Assembly: GCF_044704955.1 (NCBI RefSeq)
Contig: NC_091979.1
Span: forward strand, 276,148,001 to 276,212,000
Length of the DNA: 64,000 nt
From: Pristiophorus japonicus
Taxonomy: Eukaryota
Reading direction: 5' to 3'
The position numbers were made by a program, and so were the translations under genes. Positions 48,194 to 61,118 of the stretch are shown here, piece after piece. How positions within the stretch are numbered: the first letter of the stretch is position 1; each line of letters opens with the position of its first letter. The notes under the pieces were generated by a model that saw only the letters and a program-made list of their open reading frames with translations, did no database searches and was not told the DNA's origin.

Positions 48194-49595
48194 AGAAACA
48201 TAGAAAATAGGTACAGGAGTAGGCCATTTGGCCCTTCGAGCCTGCACCGCCATTCAATAAGATCATGGCTGATCATTCTCTTAGTACCCCTTTCCTGCTT
48301 TCTCTCCATACCCCTTGATCTCTTTAGCCATCAGGGCCATATGTAACTCCCTCTTGAATATATCCAATAAACTGGCATCAACAACTTTCTGCGGCAGGGA
48401 ATTCCACAGGGAATTTAACAACTCTCTGAGTGAAGAAGTTTCTCCTCATCTCAGTCCTAAATGGCCTACCCCTTATCCTAAGACTACGGGCCCAAGTTTC
48501 GGGCCGCGCCTAAAACGGCGCAGCCCGGACCTGGACGCCCGTTTTTCGCGCCAGAAAGTGCGCCTAAAAAAAACTTACCTATTCTCCGGCTCCCTGCAAG
48601 TCGTTTGCAGCTGGGCACGGTGCAGCACGAGCTGTAGGGGGCGGAGCCAGGTCCCTGCGCTGAAAACAGTGCCGGGACCTCTGCACATGCGCGCTACAGT
48701 GGGCGCGCATGTGCAGTAGCTCCAGGCGCCCAAAACTGTGGGAGGGGCCCGAAGCACGCAGCCCCTAGCCCTGGCTGAATGGCCTCACTGGGGCTGCGTG
48801 AATAAGGCTCCTCCCCCCCGACCGGACCCGACCCGACCCCCGCACTCTTTCCCCCCCCCGGACCTCCGCGACTCTTTTATTTGTAAAACTGAAGTGTTTA
48901 ATGTTTGTAAACTTCCCTTTAACCCCCCCCCCCCCCCCCATTCCCCACGCCTAATTTGTAACCTACGCCTGATTTTCTAAAGTGTAGACAAAGGTTTTTT
49001 CAAACGTACAAAAATCTTCACTTACTCCATTCTAAGTTAGTTTGGAGTAAGTTTTCACTGCCTAAACTTTGAAAACAGGCGTAAGTGGCTGGACACGCCC
49101 CCTTTTGAAAAAAAAATTCTGTTCCAAAGTGAAACTGTTCTAACTGACTAGAACTGGAGCAAACTAAATGCCGAGAATTCAAATTTCTAAGATACTCCAT
49201 TCTAAACCAGTTGCTCCTATGTCCCCTGGTTCTGGACTTCCCCAACATCGGGAACATTCTTCCCGCATTTAACCTGTCCAGTTCCGTCAGAATCTATACG
49301 TTTCTATGAAATGCCCTCTCATCCTTCTAAACTCCAGTGAATAAAGGTCCAGTTGATCCAGTCTCTCCTCGTATGTCAGTCCAGCCATCCCGGGAATCAG
49401 TCTGGTGAACCTTCGCTGCACTCCCTCAATAGCAAGAACGTCCTTCCTCAGATAGGCTATATGGCCCCTCAAGCCTGCTCTGCCAATCAATAAGATCATG
49501 GCAGATCTGATCATGGACTCAGCTCCACTTCCCCGCCCGCTCCCCATAACCCCTTATCCCCTTATCGTTTAAGAAACTATCTTTCTGTTTTAAAT
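48194..49595 (-). mobile_element. CR1 3' fragments, the first split by a Harbinger-like MITE
   Basis: CR1 sequence cctaagacta|tgtcccctgg is interrupted at 48487 and resumes at 49218; a second 3' end starts at ~49452. Confidence 0.85.
48488..49217. mobile_element. Harbinger-like MITE, right TIR not recognisable
   Basis: Starts GGGCCCAAGTTTC; flanked by TAC and TAT; CpG-rich insert that cleanly interrupts a CR1. Confidence 0.6.
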
Positions 49596-49790
49596 TTATG
49601 AATGATAAATTACTTAGAAATTTTGTCAGCTGCAGTAAGGTTGGTCAGAGGCTTTTGGAAAGATTGTAACTGATGCTCAGAATGAGAGAACTGAAGCCTA
49701 TTTTGATATTTTAGACAATTTAACATCTAATATTCAATTCAGAAATGGATTATTTCACTCATTTGTTACATATTGTAACTACAGTATTAC

Positions 49791-49949
49791 CTGGCCTATC
49801 AATGAAGTCACATTGGCCCATTTCTGCTATATCCATTCTCTTCAGAAATAAAACCATATGAGTAAGGTTGGATTCTAGCACGCAAGCTGGTGAAAGTTCA
49901 GTCATCTCTTTCTTTAGAAACTCCTCGGTATATAATCGGAAACATTTGC
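49791..49949 (-). CDS. DHX32: DHX32 exon 6 (GKCFRLYTEE...CDFIDRP)
   Basis: GKCFRLY motif; AG/GT boundaries. Confidence 0.95.
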
Positions 49950-50328
49950 CTGAAGAAACCAATTAGTTATCAATAGCTTAGTTATGCATTTTGAAATTTA
50001 TGGTTGTACAAAATAACAGGATACATTAGCAGTTATTATAAAATTTGAGGCAAAAACAATATTTGCACTGTCCAATAAAGAAAATGCCAGACCTTAAAGT
50101 GTGTTTCTTATCCTTGGTGTCAAGAAATGAACATATTGTTAAACAGTTGTTCTGCCCCTGTGCAGCAAGAGATTTTCTTTCACCTTTTCTCATATCCACA
50201 TCTCAACAGCTATGCCAGGTTCAGTAGTTACAGTTTTTAGTTCTTTTTCATATATAAAGCACTGATGTATGCATATAATCTCTCATTTTAAACACCGTGT
50301 GTATATCAAATAATATCAGAGACTTTAC

Positions 50329-50428
50329 CCAATCTAGCTGTACCCATGATCTGTGTGCGCATCATGGCCTGTATTTTGCTGATTGGTTGCATCACTAAAG
50401 AATCTGCTCGTATTCTTGGATTGTAAAC
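50329..50428 (-). CDS. DHX32: DHX32 exon 5 (VYNPRIRADSLVMQPISKIQAMMRTQIMGTARL)
   Basis: VYNPRIR motif of the DHX15/DHX32 family; AG/GT boundaries. Confidence 0.95.
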
Positions 50429-51134
50429 CTAGGATTAAATAGAGAGAACAAAATTCCAATCTATAGGTAAAAATGAAGGCCATCTGAAAGACAGATACTT
50501 TTTCTTTGGCCAGCTGCATATCCAACATATACAGAATGAACCTCTAAACAAAGCTAATGAGCAATTCACGCCAGTAGAGGATCTCTAATATCCAGTGCAC
50601 ACACTTCTTCCCCAAATAACATACTCCACATGCCAAGTCCTGATCTTTGAACACTCTTCCTCAGGCGGCCGAAGGCTGCGCTGGCACACTGGAAGCGGTT
50701 TTGAACCTTGTCATTGATGTCTGTCCGTTGTCCCCCGTAGTGGACAGAATCCGCACTGTGATTCCGGGAGGAGCTCCTCAGCCAGAGGGAGAAGACGGTT
50801 GAGGAGGATTCTAGCGATGACTTTCCCAGTGGCTGACAACAGGGAGATTCCTCTGTAGTTGCCACAGTTGGACTTGTCCCCTTTTTTAAAGATGGTCACG
50901 ATTACTGCATCTCTGAGAGCTCCAGGTATGCTCTCCTCCTTCCAGACGAGAGAGATGAGGTCATGCATTCGTGCCAATAGTGCCTCTCCGCCATACTTTA
51001 GTGCCTTAGTGGGGATTCCATCTGCTCCCGATGCCTTGTTCTTGAGCTGACGGATGGCCTTTTCTACCTTGTGCAGGGCTGGGGTTTTGCTGAGATGGTG
51101 GCGGGTAGCATGCTGCAGGATGGAGTCGAGGACA

Positions 51135-54100
51135 TAGAAACATAGAAAATAGGTGCAGGAGTAGGCCGTTCGGCCCTTAGAGCCTGCAGCACCATTCAAT
51201 AAGATCATGGCTGATCATTCCCTCAGTACCCCTTTCCTGCTTTCTCTCCATACCTCTTGATCCCTTTAGCTGTAAGGGCCATATCTAACTCCCTCTTGAA
51301 TATATCCAATGAACTGGCATCAACAACTCTCTGCGACAGGGAATTCCACAGGTTAACAACTCTCTGAGTGAAGAAGTTTCTCCTCATCTCAGTCCTAAAT
51401 GGCCTACCCCTTATCCTAAGACTGTGTCCCCTGGTTCTGGACTTCCCCAACATTGGGAACATTCTTCCCGCATTTAACCTGTCCAGTCCCGTCAGAATCT
51501 TACATGTTTCTATGAGATCCCCCCTCATCCTTCTAAAATCCAGTATATAAAGGCCCAGTTGATCCAGTCTCTCCTCATGTCAGACCAGTCATCCCGGGAA
51601 TCAGTCTGGTGAACCTTCGCTGCACTCCCTCAATAACAAGAACGTCCTTCCTCAGATTAGGAGACCAAAACTGAACACAATATTCCAGGTGCCGCCTCAC
51701 CAAGGCACTATACAACTGCAGTAAGACCTCCCTGTTCCTATACGCAAATTCCCTAGCTATGAAGGCCAACGTACCATTTGCCTTCTTCACCACCTGCTGT
51801 ACCTGCATGCCAACTTTCAATGACCGATGTACCATGACACCCAGGTCTCGTTGCACCTCCCTTTTCCTAATCTGCCGCCATTCAGATAATATTCTGCCTT
51901 CGTGTTTTTGCCCCCAAAGTGGATAACCTCACATTTATCCACATTATACTGCATCTGCCATGCATTTGCCCATTCACCTAACCTGTCCAAGTCACCCTGC
52001 AGCCTCTTAGCGTCCTCCTCAAAGCTCACACCGCCACCCAGTTTAGTGTCTTCCTAATTGTTGAATACTCCTGGATGTTGAGTTCCCAGCCTTGGTCACC
52101 CAGGAGCCATGTCTCCGTGATGCCAATTACATCATAACCGTTAACTGCTATCTGCGCAGTTAATTCTTCCACCTTATTCCGAATACTCCTCGCATTGAGG
52201 CACAGAGCCTCCAGGCTTGTCTTTCTAACACACTTTGCCTCTTTAGAATTTTGCTATAATGTGGCCCTTTTTGCTTTTTGCCTTAGGTTTCTCTGCCCTC
52301 CACTTTTACTTTTCTTTCTATCTTTTGCTTCTGCCCCCATTCTACTTCCCTCTGTCTCCCTGCATAGGTGCCCATCCCCCTGCCATATTAGTTTAATCCT
52401 CCCCAACAGCACTTGCAAACATTCCCCCTAAGACATTGGTTCCGGTCCTGCCCAGGTGCAGACCATCCGGTTTGTACTGGTCCCACCTCCCCCAGATCCA
52501 GTTCCAATGTCCCAGAAATTTGAATTCCTCCCTTCTGCACCACTCCTCAAGCCACGTATTCATCTGAGCTATCCTGCGATTCCTACTCTGACTAGCACGT
52601 GGCACTGATAGCAATCCTGTGATTACTACTTTTGAGGTCCTACTTTTTAATTTAGCTCCTAGCTCCCTAATTTCGTCTCGTCGGACCTCATCCCGTTTTT
52701 TACCTATATCGTTGGTACCTATATGCACCACGACAACTGGCTGTTCACCCTCCCTTTTCAAAATGTCCTGCACCCGCTCCGAGACATCCTTGACCCTTGC
52801 ACCAGGGAGGCAACATAGCATCCTGGCGTCTCGGTTGTGGCCGCAGAAACGCCTATCTATTCCCCTTACAATCGAATCCCCTATCACTATCGCTCTCCCA
52901 CTCTTTTTCCTGCCCCCCTGTGCCGCAGACCCACCCACAGTGCCATGAACTTGGCTGCTGCTGCCCTCCCCTGATGAGTCATCCCCCTCATCTGTACCCA
53001 AAACGGTGTATCTGTTTTGCAGGGGGATGACCACAGGGGACCCCTGCACTACCTTCCTTGCATTGCTCTTAGAAACATAGAAACATAGAAAATAGGTGCA
53101 GGAGTAGGTCATTCAGCCCTTCGAGCCTGCACCGCCATTCAATGAGTTCATGGCTGAAGATTCAACTTCAGTACCCCATTCCTGCTTTCTCACCATACCC
53201 CTTGATCCCCCTAGTAGTAAGGACTACATCTAACTCCTTTTTGAATATATTTAGTGAATTGGCCTCAACAACTTTCTGTGGTAGAGAATTCCACATGTTC
53301 ACCACTCTCTGGGTGAAGAAGTTCCTCCTCATCTCGGTTCTAAATGGCTTACCCCTTATCCTTAGACTGTGACCTCTGGTTCTGGACTTCCCCAACATTG
53401 GGAACATTCTTTCTGCATCTAACCTGTCTAAACCCATCAGAATTTTAAACGTTTCTGTGAGGTCTCCTCTCATTCTTCTGAACTCCAGTGAATACAAGCC
53501 CAGTTGATCCAGTCTTTCTTGATAGGTCAGTCCCGCCATCCCGGGAATCAGTCTGGTGAACCTTTGCTGCACTCCCTCAATAGCAAGAATGTCCTTCCTC
53601 AGGTTAGGAGACCAAAACTGTACACAATACTCCAGGTGTGGCCTCACCAATGCCCTGTACAACTGTAGCAACACCTCCCTGCCGCTGTACTCAAATCCCC
53701 CCGCTATGAAGGCCAACATGCCATTTGCTTTCTTAACCACCTGCTGTACCTGCATGCCAACCTTCAATGACTGATGTACCATGACACCCAGGTCTCGTTG
53801 CACCTCCCCTTTTCCTAATCTGTCACCATTCAGATAATAGTCTGTCTCTCTGTTTTTACCACCAAAGTGGATAACCTCACATTCATCCACATTATACTTC
53901 ATCTGCCATGCAGCTGCCCACTCACCTAACCTATCCAAGTCTCTGCAGCCTCATAGCATCCTCCTCGCAGCTCACGCTGCCACCTAACTTAGTGTCATCT
54001 GAAAATTTGGAGATACTACATTTAATCCCCTCGTCTAAATCATTAATGTACAGTGTAAACAGCTGGGGCCCCAGCACAGAACCTTGCGGTACCCCACTAG

Positions 54101-54518
54101 TCACCGCCTGTCATTCTGAAAAGTACCCATTTACTCCTACTCTTTGCTTCCTGTCTGACAACCAGTTCTCAATCCATGTCAGCACACTACCCCCAATCCC
54201 ATGTGCTTTAACTTTGCACATTAATCTCTTGTGTGGGACCTTGTCGAAAGCCCTCTGAAAGTCCAAATATACCACATCAACTGGTTCTCTCTTCCTATTG
54301 GTCATCCATTCCCTATCTGGCTGTGTACCCTTTACCTGCGGTAAGACCAACTCACTAAACGTGTTGTTCACGTTCTCCTCAGCATCGTGGATGCTCCAGA
54401 GTAAATCCACCTGCAGCTCCAGTGCCGCAATGCAGTCAGGAGCTGCAGGCAGGTGCACTTCCTGCACACGTAGTGGTCAGAGACACTGGAAGCGTCCCTA
54501 ACTTCCCACATAGCACAA
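51135..54518 (-). mobile_element. CR1-A: ORF1 (Cys-rich N-terminus plus SGNH/GDSL esterase) joined to an internally deleted ORF2 3' end
   Basis: VIGDSIVRG, HIGTND and DGLHL motifs in ORF 52393..53112; ORF2 deletion junction near 52050; flanking GACA repeat. Confidence 0.88.
53071..54288 (-). mobile_element. CR1-B inserted in ORF1 of CR1-A
   Basis: TSD CTCTT at 53066-53070 and 54289-54293; 256-aa ORF2 C-terminal ORF. Confidence 0.9.
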
Positions 54519-55231
54519 GACACTCCCTTCAAAGACAGAGTCTCGATTAAGGAGACCTACGAAGTGCTCCTTCCAGCGGGTCCTAACTACCTCGGTGTCC
54601 TTGATGAGTGTCTCCCCGTTCTTGGCCAGCAGGTGGGTGCTTCGGCGCATGGTTGCCGGCCAGCTGCTGAATCTCCTGTGCTTTCTCCACCCACCATTTA
54701 TTCTTTAGGTTGCGGGTTTTTTGTTGGACCTCGGCCTTAAACCGCCTGTAAAGCTGCTTTGTTGCTCCTGAGTTGGGTTGTTGTTTTCGGTTCAGAAATG
54801 CCCTGCGCTTGCGATCTATTAGCTCTTGAATCTCCTGGTCATTGTCATCAAACCAGTCCTGGTGTTTCCTGGTTGAGTGACCACGATTACGGAATGATTA
54901 CAGAACACTGTCTGGCAATTCCTGTGGTGGAATCTACCATCGCCACCACTTTGCTTACAATTGCAGTAGAGGTGTTAAATACTATAGTTAATTACCCTAG
55001 CTGCATGGAAACAGCATCTCACACCCTTTTAAAATGTTTTCCTGACAACAGTGCTGTTTTCAAACTGGGGCTTGAACCTGCCTCAGTGAGGTGCAAGGTT
55101 TGACACACCTGGATTTAGGGCTTTTTCTTAAAGATCCATCGAGATTTTCAAACATCAGGATATATGTAAATCAAACAAAGATCTTCATGAGAAATTGTCT
55201 GAATTTGAGCATGCTCCTGTCAGCAGAATGC

Positions 55232-55688
55232 TTGAATCAGCTCCGCTGGGCAGGCCACATTGTCCGCATGCCAGACACGAGACTCCCAAAGCAAGCGCTC
55301 TACTCTGAACTCCTTCATGGCAAACGAGCCAAAGATGGACAGAGGAAACGTTACAAGGACACTCTCAAAGCTTCCCTGATAAAGTGCAACATCCCCACTG
55401 ACACCTGGGAGTCCTTGGCCAAAGACCGCCCTAAGAGGAGGAAGTGCATCCAGGAGGGCGCCGAGCACCTCGAGTCTCATCGCCAAGTGCACGCAGAAAA
55501 CAAGCACAGGCAGCGGAAAGGACGTGCGGCAAACCTGTCCCATCCTCCCTTACCCTCAACGACAGTCTGTCCCACCTGTGGCAGGGACTGTGGCTCTTGT
55601 ATTGGACTGTTCAGCCATCCAAGGACTCATTCTAAGAGTGGAAGCAAGTCTCCTCGATTCCGAGGGACTGCCTATGATGATGATGATA
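55232..55688 (+). mobile_element. RTE-clade LINE 3' fragment
   Basis: QLRWAGHIVRMPDTRLPKQ peptide; (GAT)n tail. Confidence 0.9.
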
Positions 55689-56499
55689 ATATTTGTTTTC
55701 CATCTCAATCTATGTTTCCACGTGGGGCTTAAACCTTTGATCAATCACTCAAACGTGGACTCCGGCTGCAGCAGTAGAGCCCTGCAATTGATCCACTTGG
55801 ACCTGGGCTGAGCCTCTGCTGTTCTCCTGCTTCACCATCCCATCTGTCCACCATCCTCTGCACCCCAACAATTTTAAACAATTTAAACCATTTATGAATC
55901 CTCGAAAAATATACTGAAAGGAAATACAAGCTATATATTTTTTTTAAGTCCAGTCCTCCCCAAAACAAACATGGCTAAAGCACATATCTCAAATCAGATC
56001 AAGAAATGCCAAGCAACCCTAGGCCCATTAGTACAATCTCTCCCCATTCCTGCCAAACACAGCAGCTCACCCATCGACAGTGAAAGGCAACAATCCTAAA
56101 TCAACACGGCAGTTAGTAAGCACAGTCTCCTTTTCCAACTGACTCCAGAGACAGAGAACAAACAATTCCTTGACTTTACAAACATAATCATGCTAAGAAA
56201 CTTGATGCATCAATGCATTTTTCCTGTAAGCACTGCAATCAAAATTCATAATGGTGTCATAAAATATATATGTGAATGTACACTTGAGAACCCAATAAAA
56301 ACATTGTAAAATATAAGAGAACCAGGCTGTTTCTGCATAAAAAGATGAAGTTGTGCGTTTTCGGAAATGAAGGAAGTAAACATCCATCTGTGATGAAGGG
56401 TTTGTGGAATGGAACCTGGGAGAACATCTATCTGTGTATGCTCTTCCTCTGGTTCTACTTTGTGCTGACCTTCTAGGCTCTCTTTTTTGCTCTGGTGCA

Positions 56500-56947
56500 A
56501 GATAGATTGAGTAGACTGGGTCTTTACTCGTTGGAATTCAGAAGGATGAGGGGTGATCTTATAGAAACATTTAAAATAATGAAAGGGATAGACAAGATAG
56601 AGGCAGAGAGGTTGTTTCCACTGGTCGGGGAGACTAGAACTAGGGGGCACCGCCTCAAAATACGGGGGAGCCAATTTAAAACCGAGTTGAGAAGGAATTT
56701 CTTCTCCCAGAGGGTTGTGAATCTGTGGAATTCTCTGCCCAAGGAAGCAGTTGAGGCTAGCTCATTGAATGTATTCAAGTCACAGATAGATAGATTTTTA
56801 ACTAATAAGGGAATTAAGGGTTATGGGGAGCAGGCGGGTAAGTGGAGCTGAGTTCACGGCCAGATCAGCCATGATCTCGTTGAATGGCAGAGCAGGCTCG
56901 AGGGACTAGATGGCCTACTTCTGTTCCTAATTCTTATGTTCTTATGT
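56500..56947 (+). mobile_element. CR1 3' fragment
   Basis: ORF 56495..56851; cttatgttcttatgt tail. Confidence 0.92.
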
Positions 56948-57206
56948 AAGAGAATATGAGAATTTCCTGGTCTGAATAAGTTTGTAAACAATCTGCATTG
57001 GGGACTGGTTGGGCCTCTGTTCAAGGGAGAAGTGGGGCACCCTCAGTCAATTGATTCTAGGTCATCCACGATGAGGTATACAGTTGTGAGTATAGTGGAT
57101 GAACTGGTAATATGTAGTTTGTAATGTTCTATATTTTGGAATATAGTGATCATACTTTTAATATGCACTTATTAAACAAAATCAGCTATAGAAATGGTGT
57201 ACTTAC

Positions 57207-57452
57207 ATTCCTTCTCTCCATGCCCACATCGATGACAAACTTCACATTCTCGATGCAAAGTAAGGACTCTCCCACACTAGTGGTCAACACCACTCTCCTT
57301 CTGTACCGTTTGGAGTTCTTCTCCAACATGTCACTTGATCTGTCAATGGCCCTACTCTGTTCTGGGTAAAAGGGAATTGGCACTAGCTCTCCCAGCATTG
57401 GGTGCAATTTGGAAGCTTCTCGGCTGATTATATTGTATGCCTCATCAATTTC
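57207..57452 (-). CDS. DHX32: DHX32 exon 4 (EIDEAYNII...VKFVIDVGMERRN)
   Basis: Within ORF 57186..57494; cag acceptor and GTAAGT donor. Confidence 0.95.
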
Positions 57453-58559
57453 CTGCAAGTATATAAATATGTCATGTAAATTCTGATAACTCACAGCAAA
57501 AATGATTTTGCATCCTTACAAAAGATCAGACTGTCAATCATATAGACCACAAAGATTCCAGGTTTGATCCATGGCCTGACTAATGTTCCAGACTCATCAG
57601 TTTTACATTTGAACATTTGTTTTGTAACTGTACAGTCACAATGATATCGATGGATTTACTGGAAGACAAACAAAAAAGCTACTGTTCCATTTACCCTGCA
57701 GTGATCCTTGCTGAAAGTACATACATGTGCAGATTGAGCATAGTTATGATGCTCCATGATCAGAAAGTCTAACAACACTGTTATGGCTCACAAATGAAGA
57801 GGCACTATAGCACCAGTGGCACTTCTGAAACTGTACCCAGTCATAATGGCAGAAGAAAAAAACACGGTAACTGTAACGGAAGATATAAAATTTGCATGAT
57901 GTCACCATGGGGTAGCATATAGGTATGGAAGAGGTGGAAGCCAAGGATAAGTCCTTGGGGACTCCTGGCCACAGGGTACTGTGCTATGCTACTACACAGT
58001 GAATACATACAATATCCATAAATCCTGCATATTGTATCAAGATCACACATTGTAAATACCAAGACAATGACGCCGTTTCAAAGCTGGAACAAATCATTAA
58101 CAATTGAAGAACTTGGCCTAGTAATGTATCAAATACTTAAAGCTTTCGGAAGGAAATTACTAAATTCCAGAATGCTTATCAATAGACTACCTTTAAAACA
58201 TATCAAAATAAATGCACATTATTGATTTTAATTTTTTGTAAAAGGATGTAGAATAAATACATTGACTAAGAGAAAAGGTCACAGCTTCATTATAGCTCCA
58301 TCTAAACAGTTCAGGTAATTTACAAAAAAAAGTATTACATACAAACCTTGTATCTGAAGCTGTTGCTTCAATTGGAAATATATACGCATATAATCATTGT
58401 TTTAAACAAAAAGGCAAACATTGGAATATATAGTTTGTCTCGGTTATTCACAGCCAATGATATGGCTCAAGAGTTCTTTGGTCGTTCTTAGCTGCTATGC
58501 TAGTGGTGCATTCACCAACTTTTCTATATTGTATTATTAGGAGGGATATATTGTAAAAG

Positions 58560-58995
58560 GCCACATAGTTCGTATGCCAGACACCAGACTCCCAAAGCAA
58601 GTGCTCTACTCGGAGCTCCTTCGTGGCAAACAAACCAAAGGTGGGCAGCGGAAACGTTACAAGGACACCCTCAAAGCCTCCTTGATAAAGTGCGACATCC
58701 CCACTGACACCTGGGAGTCCCTGGCCCAAGACCACCCTAAGTGGAAGAAGTGCATCCGAGAGGGCACTGAGCACCTCAAGTCGCAACGCCGAGATCATGC
58801 AAAAATCAAGCGCAGGCAGCGGAAAGAGCGTGCGGCAAACCAGTCCCACCCACCCCTTCCCTCAACGACTACCTGTCCCACCTGTGACAGAGTCTGTGGC
58901 TCTCGTATTGGACTGTTCAGCCATCAAAGAAGTCATTTCAGGAGTGGAAGCAAGTCTTCCTCAATTCCGAGGGACTGCCTATGATGATGATGATG
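58560..58995 (+). mobile_element. RTE-clade LINE 3' fragment
   Basis: TSD ATTGTAAAAG at 58550-58559 and 58996-59005; (GAT)n tail. Confidence 0.92.
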
Positions 58996-59024
58996 ATTGT
59001 AAAAGATGCAAGCAATGTGCTTAC

Positions 59025-59409
59025 CTTTTTACAGGATAGAAAAATTGCAACATCTCCCTTCTCCCTTGTATGATGAATCTCAAATAATAGCCTAAGCGCT
59101 GGTAGGAAATAATTTTCTTGAGGCTTGCAACTGTAAACAACCTCAAGTGGACACCCAATGGGCTCTTCAGTCTCCACTCGTATTAGAGGAACATCGCCAT
59201 AATAGGTGTGCAGCTTATTCGACATATGAGGGGAGGTTATTATTACGACTTTTAGTTCTGGCCTCTGTCTCACAATGTCTTTCAGAAGACCCAGTAGCAC
59301 ATCTGTAGAAACAGTTCTTTTGTGAGTTTCATCTATGATGATAACTCCATAGTGTTCCAGTAGAGGGTCTGACATCATCTCCTGTAGTAGCATATCATCT
59401 GTGCTGTAC
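59025..59409 (-). CDS. DHX32: DHX32 exon 3 (YSTDDMLLQEMMSDPLLEHYGVIIIDETHKR...IFLSCKK)
   Basis: Motif II region; tag acceptor and GTAAGC donor; 385 nt. Confidence 0.95.
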
Positions 59410-59851
59410 CTACAACATGAAGAGATTGTTATTTAGCTGTCTCGATCCGAGCTCGCTTAAAGGAAAAAAGAAATTAGTTAAAAGTTACTCAGACTTTTAC
59501 TTAATTTATTTTTCCCTATAACAGAGTTTCTTTCCTCACCTCACACACATACCTTTTAAGCCTTTGAGGTTTGCAGTAGATTTTTTTGAAGTAAAATTAT
59601 AATGAGTTTTAAATTTAAAGAAATCTGTGAATTAGGGAATGTTCTGTTGAGCAGTGGGTGACACAGTTCTCTTTCACCTTTGGGACTTGGGCTAGACTCC
59701 AGCCCAGATTGATAGGTTGAAAGTCTACTCTCCCTGGTGACTTTTGATCATATGCAAAATGAAATTTGACATGCTGAATCCAGCACCCAGTGAGTAATGG
59801 ACCATAATTTGGCATTATTACTTAGGGGTTTTAAAGCTTGCTGGTGTGAGA

Positions 59852-59940
59852 AATGGGAGTGTGCATTTGAAGTGTGTAATGGGAGTGTGCAATGGGAGTG
59901 TGCAATGGGAGTGTGCAATGGGAATATACAATGGGAGTGC
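59852..59940. repeat. Short tandem repeat (aatgggagtgtgc)n
   Basis: About 6 imperfect copies of a 13-bp unit. Confidence 0.85.
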
Positions 59941-60924
59941 AGAGCACCAACAGCTCTATTTTACATTTAGCCCAAAATATATTTGAGACCTGTGGATTGG
60001 AGATGAGGCTCTTCTCCAGGGAGGCAGAGAAGATGGGAGTGAGCTACCCCTGCTACACCAGACTCCTCTAGTTCATCCCAAGCAGCAGGTTACAAGCAGA
60101 AATCTGTGATAAATTAACCGTTCCTGCCTTGTCAGACAGGGAATAATAGTGTATTTGAATGTAAAAGAGTGGAATAAATAAATAAAATTGTGTGGGGTGG
60201 GGGAAGAAAGAGCTGTTACAAATTTTCTTGAATTCCATTTAGATATAAACATGCACGCATACATATAAATAGCTGGAAAAAGGACAGTAGTCACAGGTTA
60301 AATTATGAAAGTACAAACCATAGGCCCTGCATGGGGATAGTGTTGGCATTGTTATAGTTAAGTGGTGACCCTCCCCCAAATGTTCATTTGCTTTCTAAAG
60401 TTATAAACATGATCTATTGTGTGCATGTGTGCAGCATGGGTGTTGGTCAGCAATCCTTCCATAATGTCTATTTCAGACCTCATGGAAGTAAATGGTACTT
60501 GCACTTAAGTATTAATTACAGTTATTCCCATGTATTTCTCTTATGGCTTTAGTTCAGTTATAGTTTGTATGAGAAAATGTGTATAAAATTACTTTTAATC
60601 AGTATTTATCAAACACTTCATTTACTATTTTGGTGTTAAATTGTCTTTATTCCTTTGTTCAAATGTTGTTTCACTCAAATTTCCTTTTATCTTGCTCCCC
60701 TGCAACTCATCTTATTCATTCTAATCCTTTCTTTTTGTCCTGTCACTATCATTACATTCTATTGTCAATCCTTGTAAAGCGTAATGTAAATGATAAGGAG
60801 CAGCATATGGCGTCAGTTGCTTGAAGAGGGGTCTGCAGCTGCAGGCCTCCTACATATTGTTTCCTATTTGCATTTGAGTGACGGTTCTGCAAGGGTCACC
60901 AGAAGTAGATGCGTGCACACAGAC

Positions 60925-61118
60925 CTCAGGATTGTGTCATTGATGCAGCAGTTTTCAAATGGAATTATGTAGCCCACTTCATGCCCTATGTTGACATCCA
61001 TCTCATCTGCCACGCGGAGAGCAAGGCCGACAGCCGTCTGCTTATGCGTCTGTGTGCACACTACAACCCCATGCTGATACTTGGAAGAAAGACAATGTTC
61101 CGCACACCACTGGGGGAT
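60925..61118 (-). CDS. DHX32: DHX32 exon 2 (IPQWCAE...VCTQTHKQTAVGLALRVADEMDVNIGHEVGYIIPFENCCINDTILR)
   Basis: ORF-track peptide plus AG/GT boundaries; 194 nt. Confidence 0.95.

Larger units (their letters stand above)
50640..54830 (-). mobile_element. RTE-clade LINE fragment split by a nested CR1 composite
   Basis: KASGADGIP, CGNYRGISLLS and LPESQCGF peptides at 50711-51130; the upstream part resumes at 54519. Confidence 0.85.

Noticed and set aside
52393-53112. Stand-alone SGNH esterase gene
   Set aside because: It is CR1 ORF1, embedded in LINE sequence and interrupted by another CR1.
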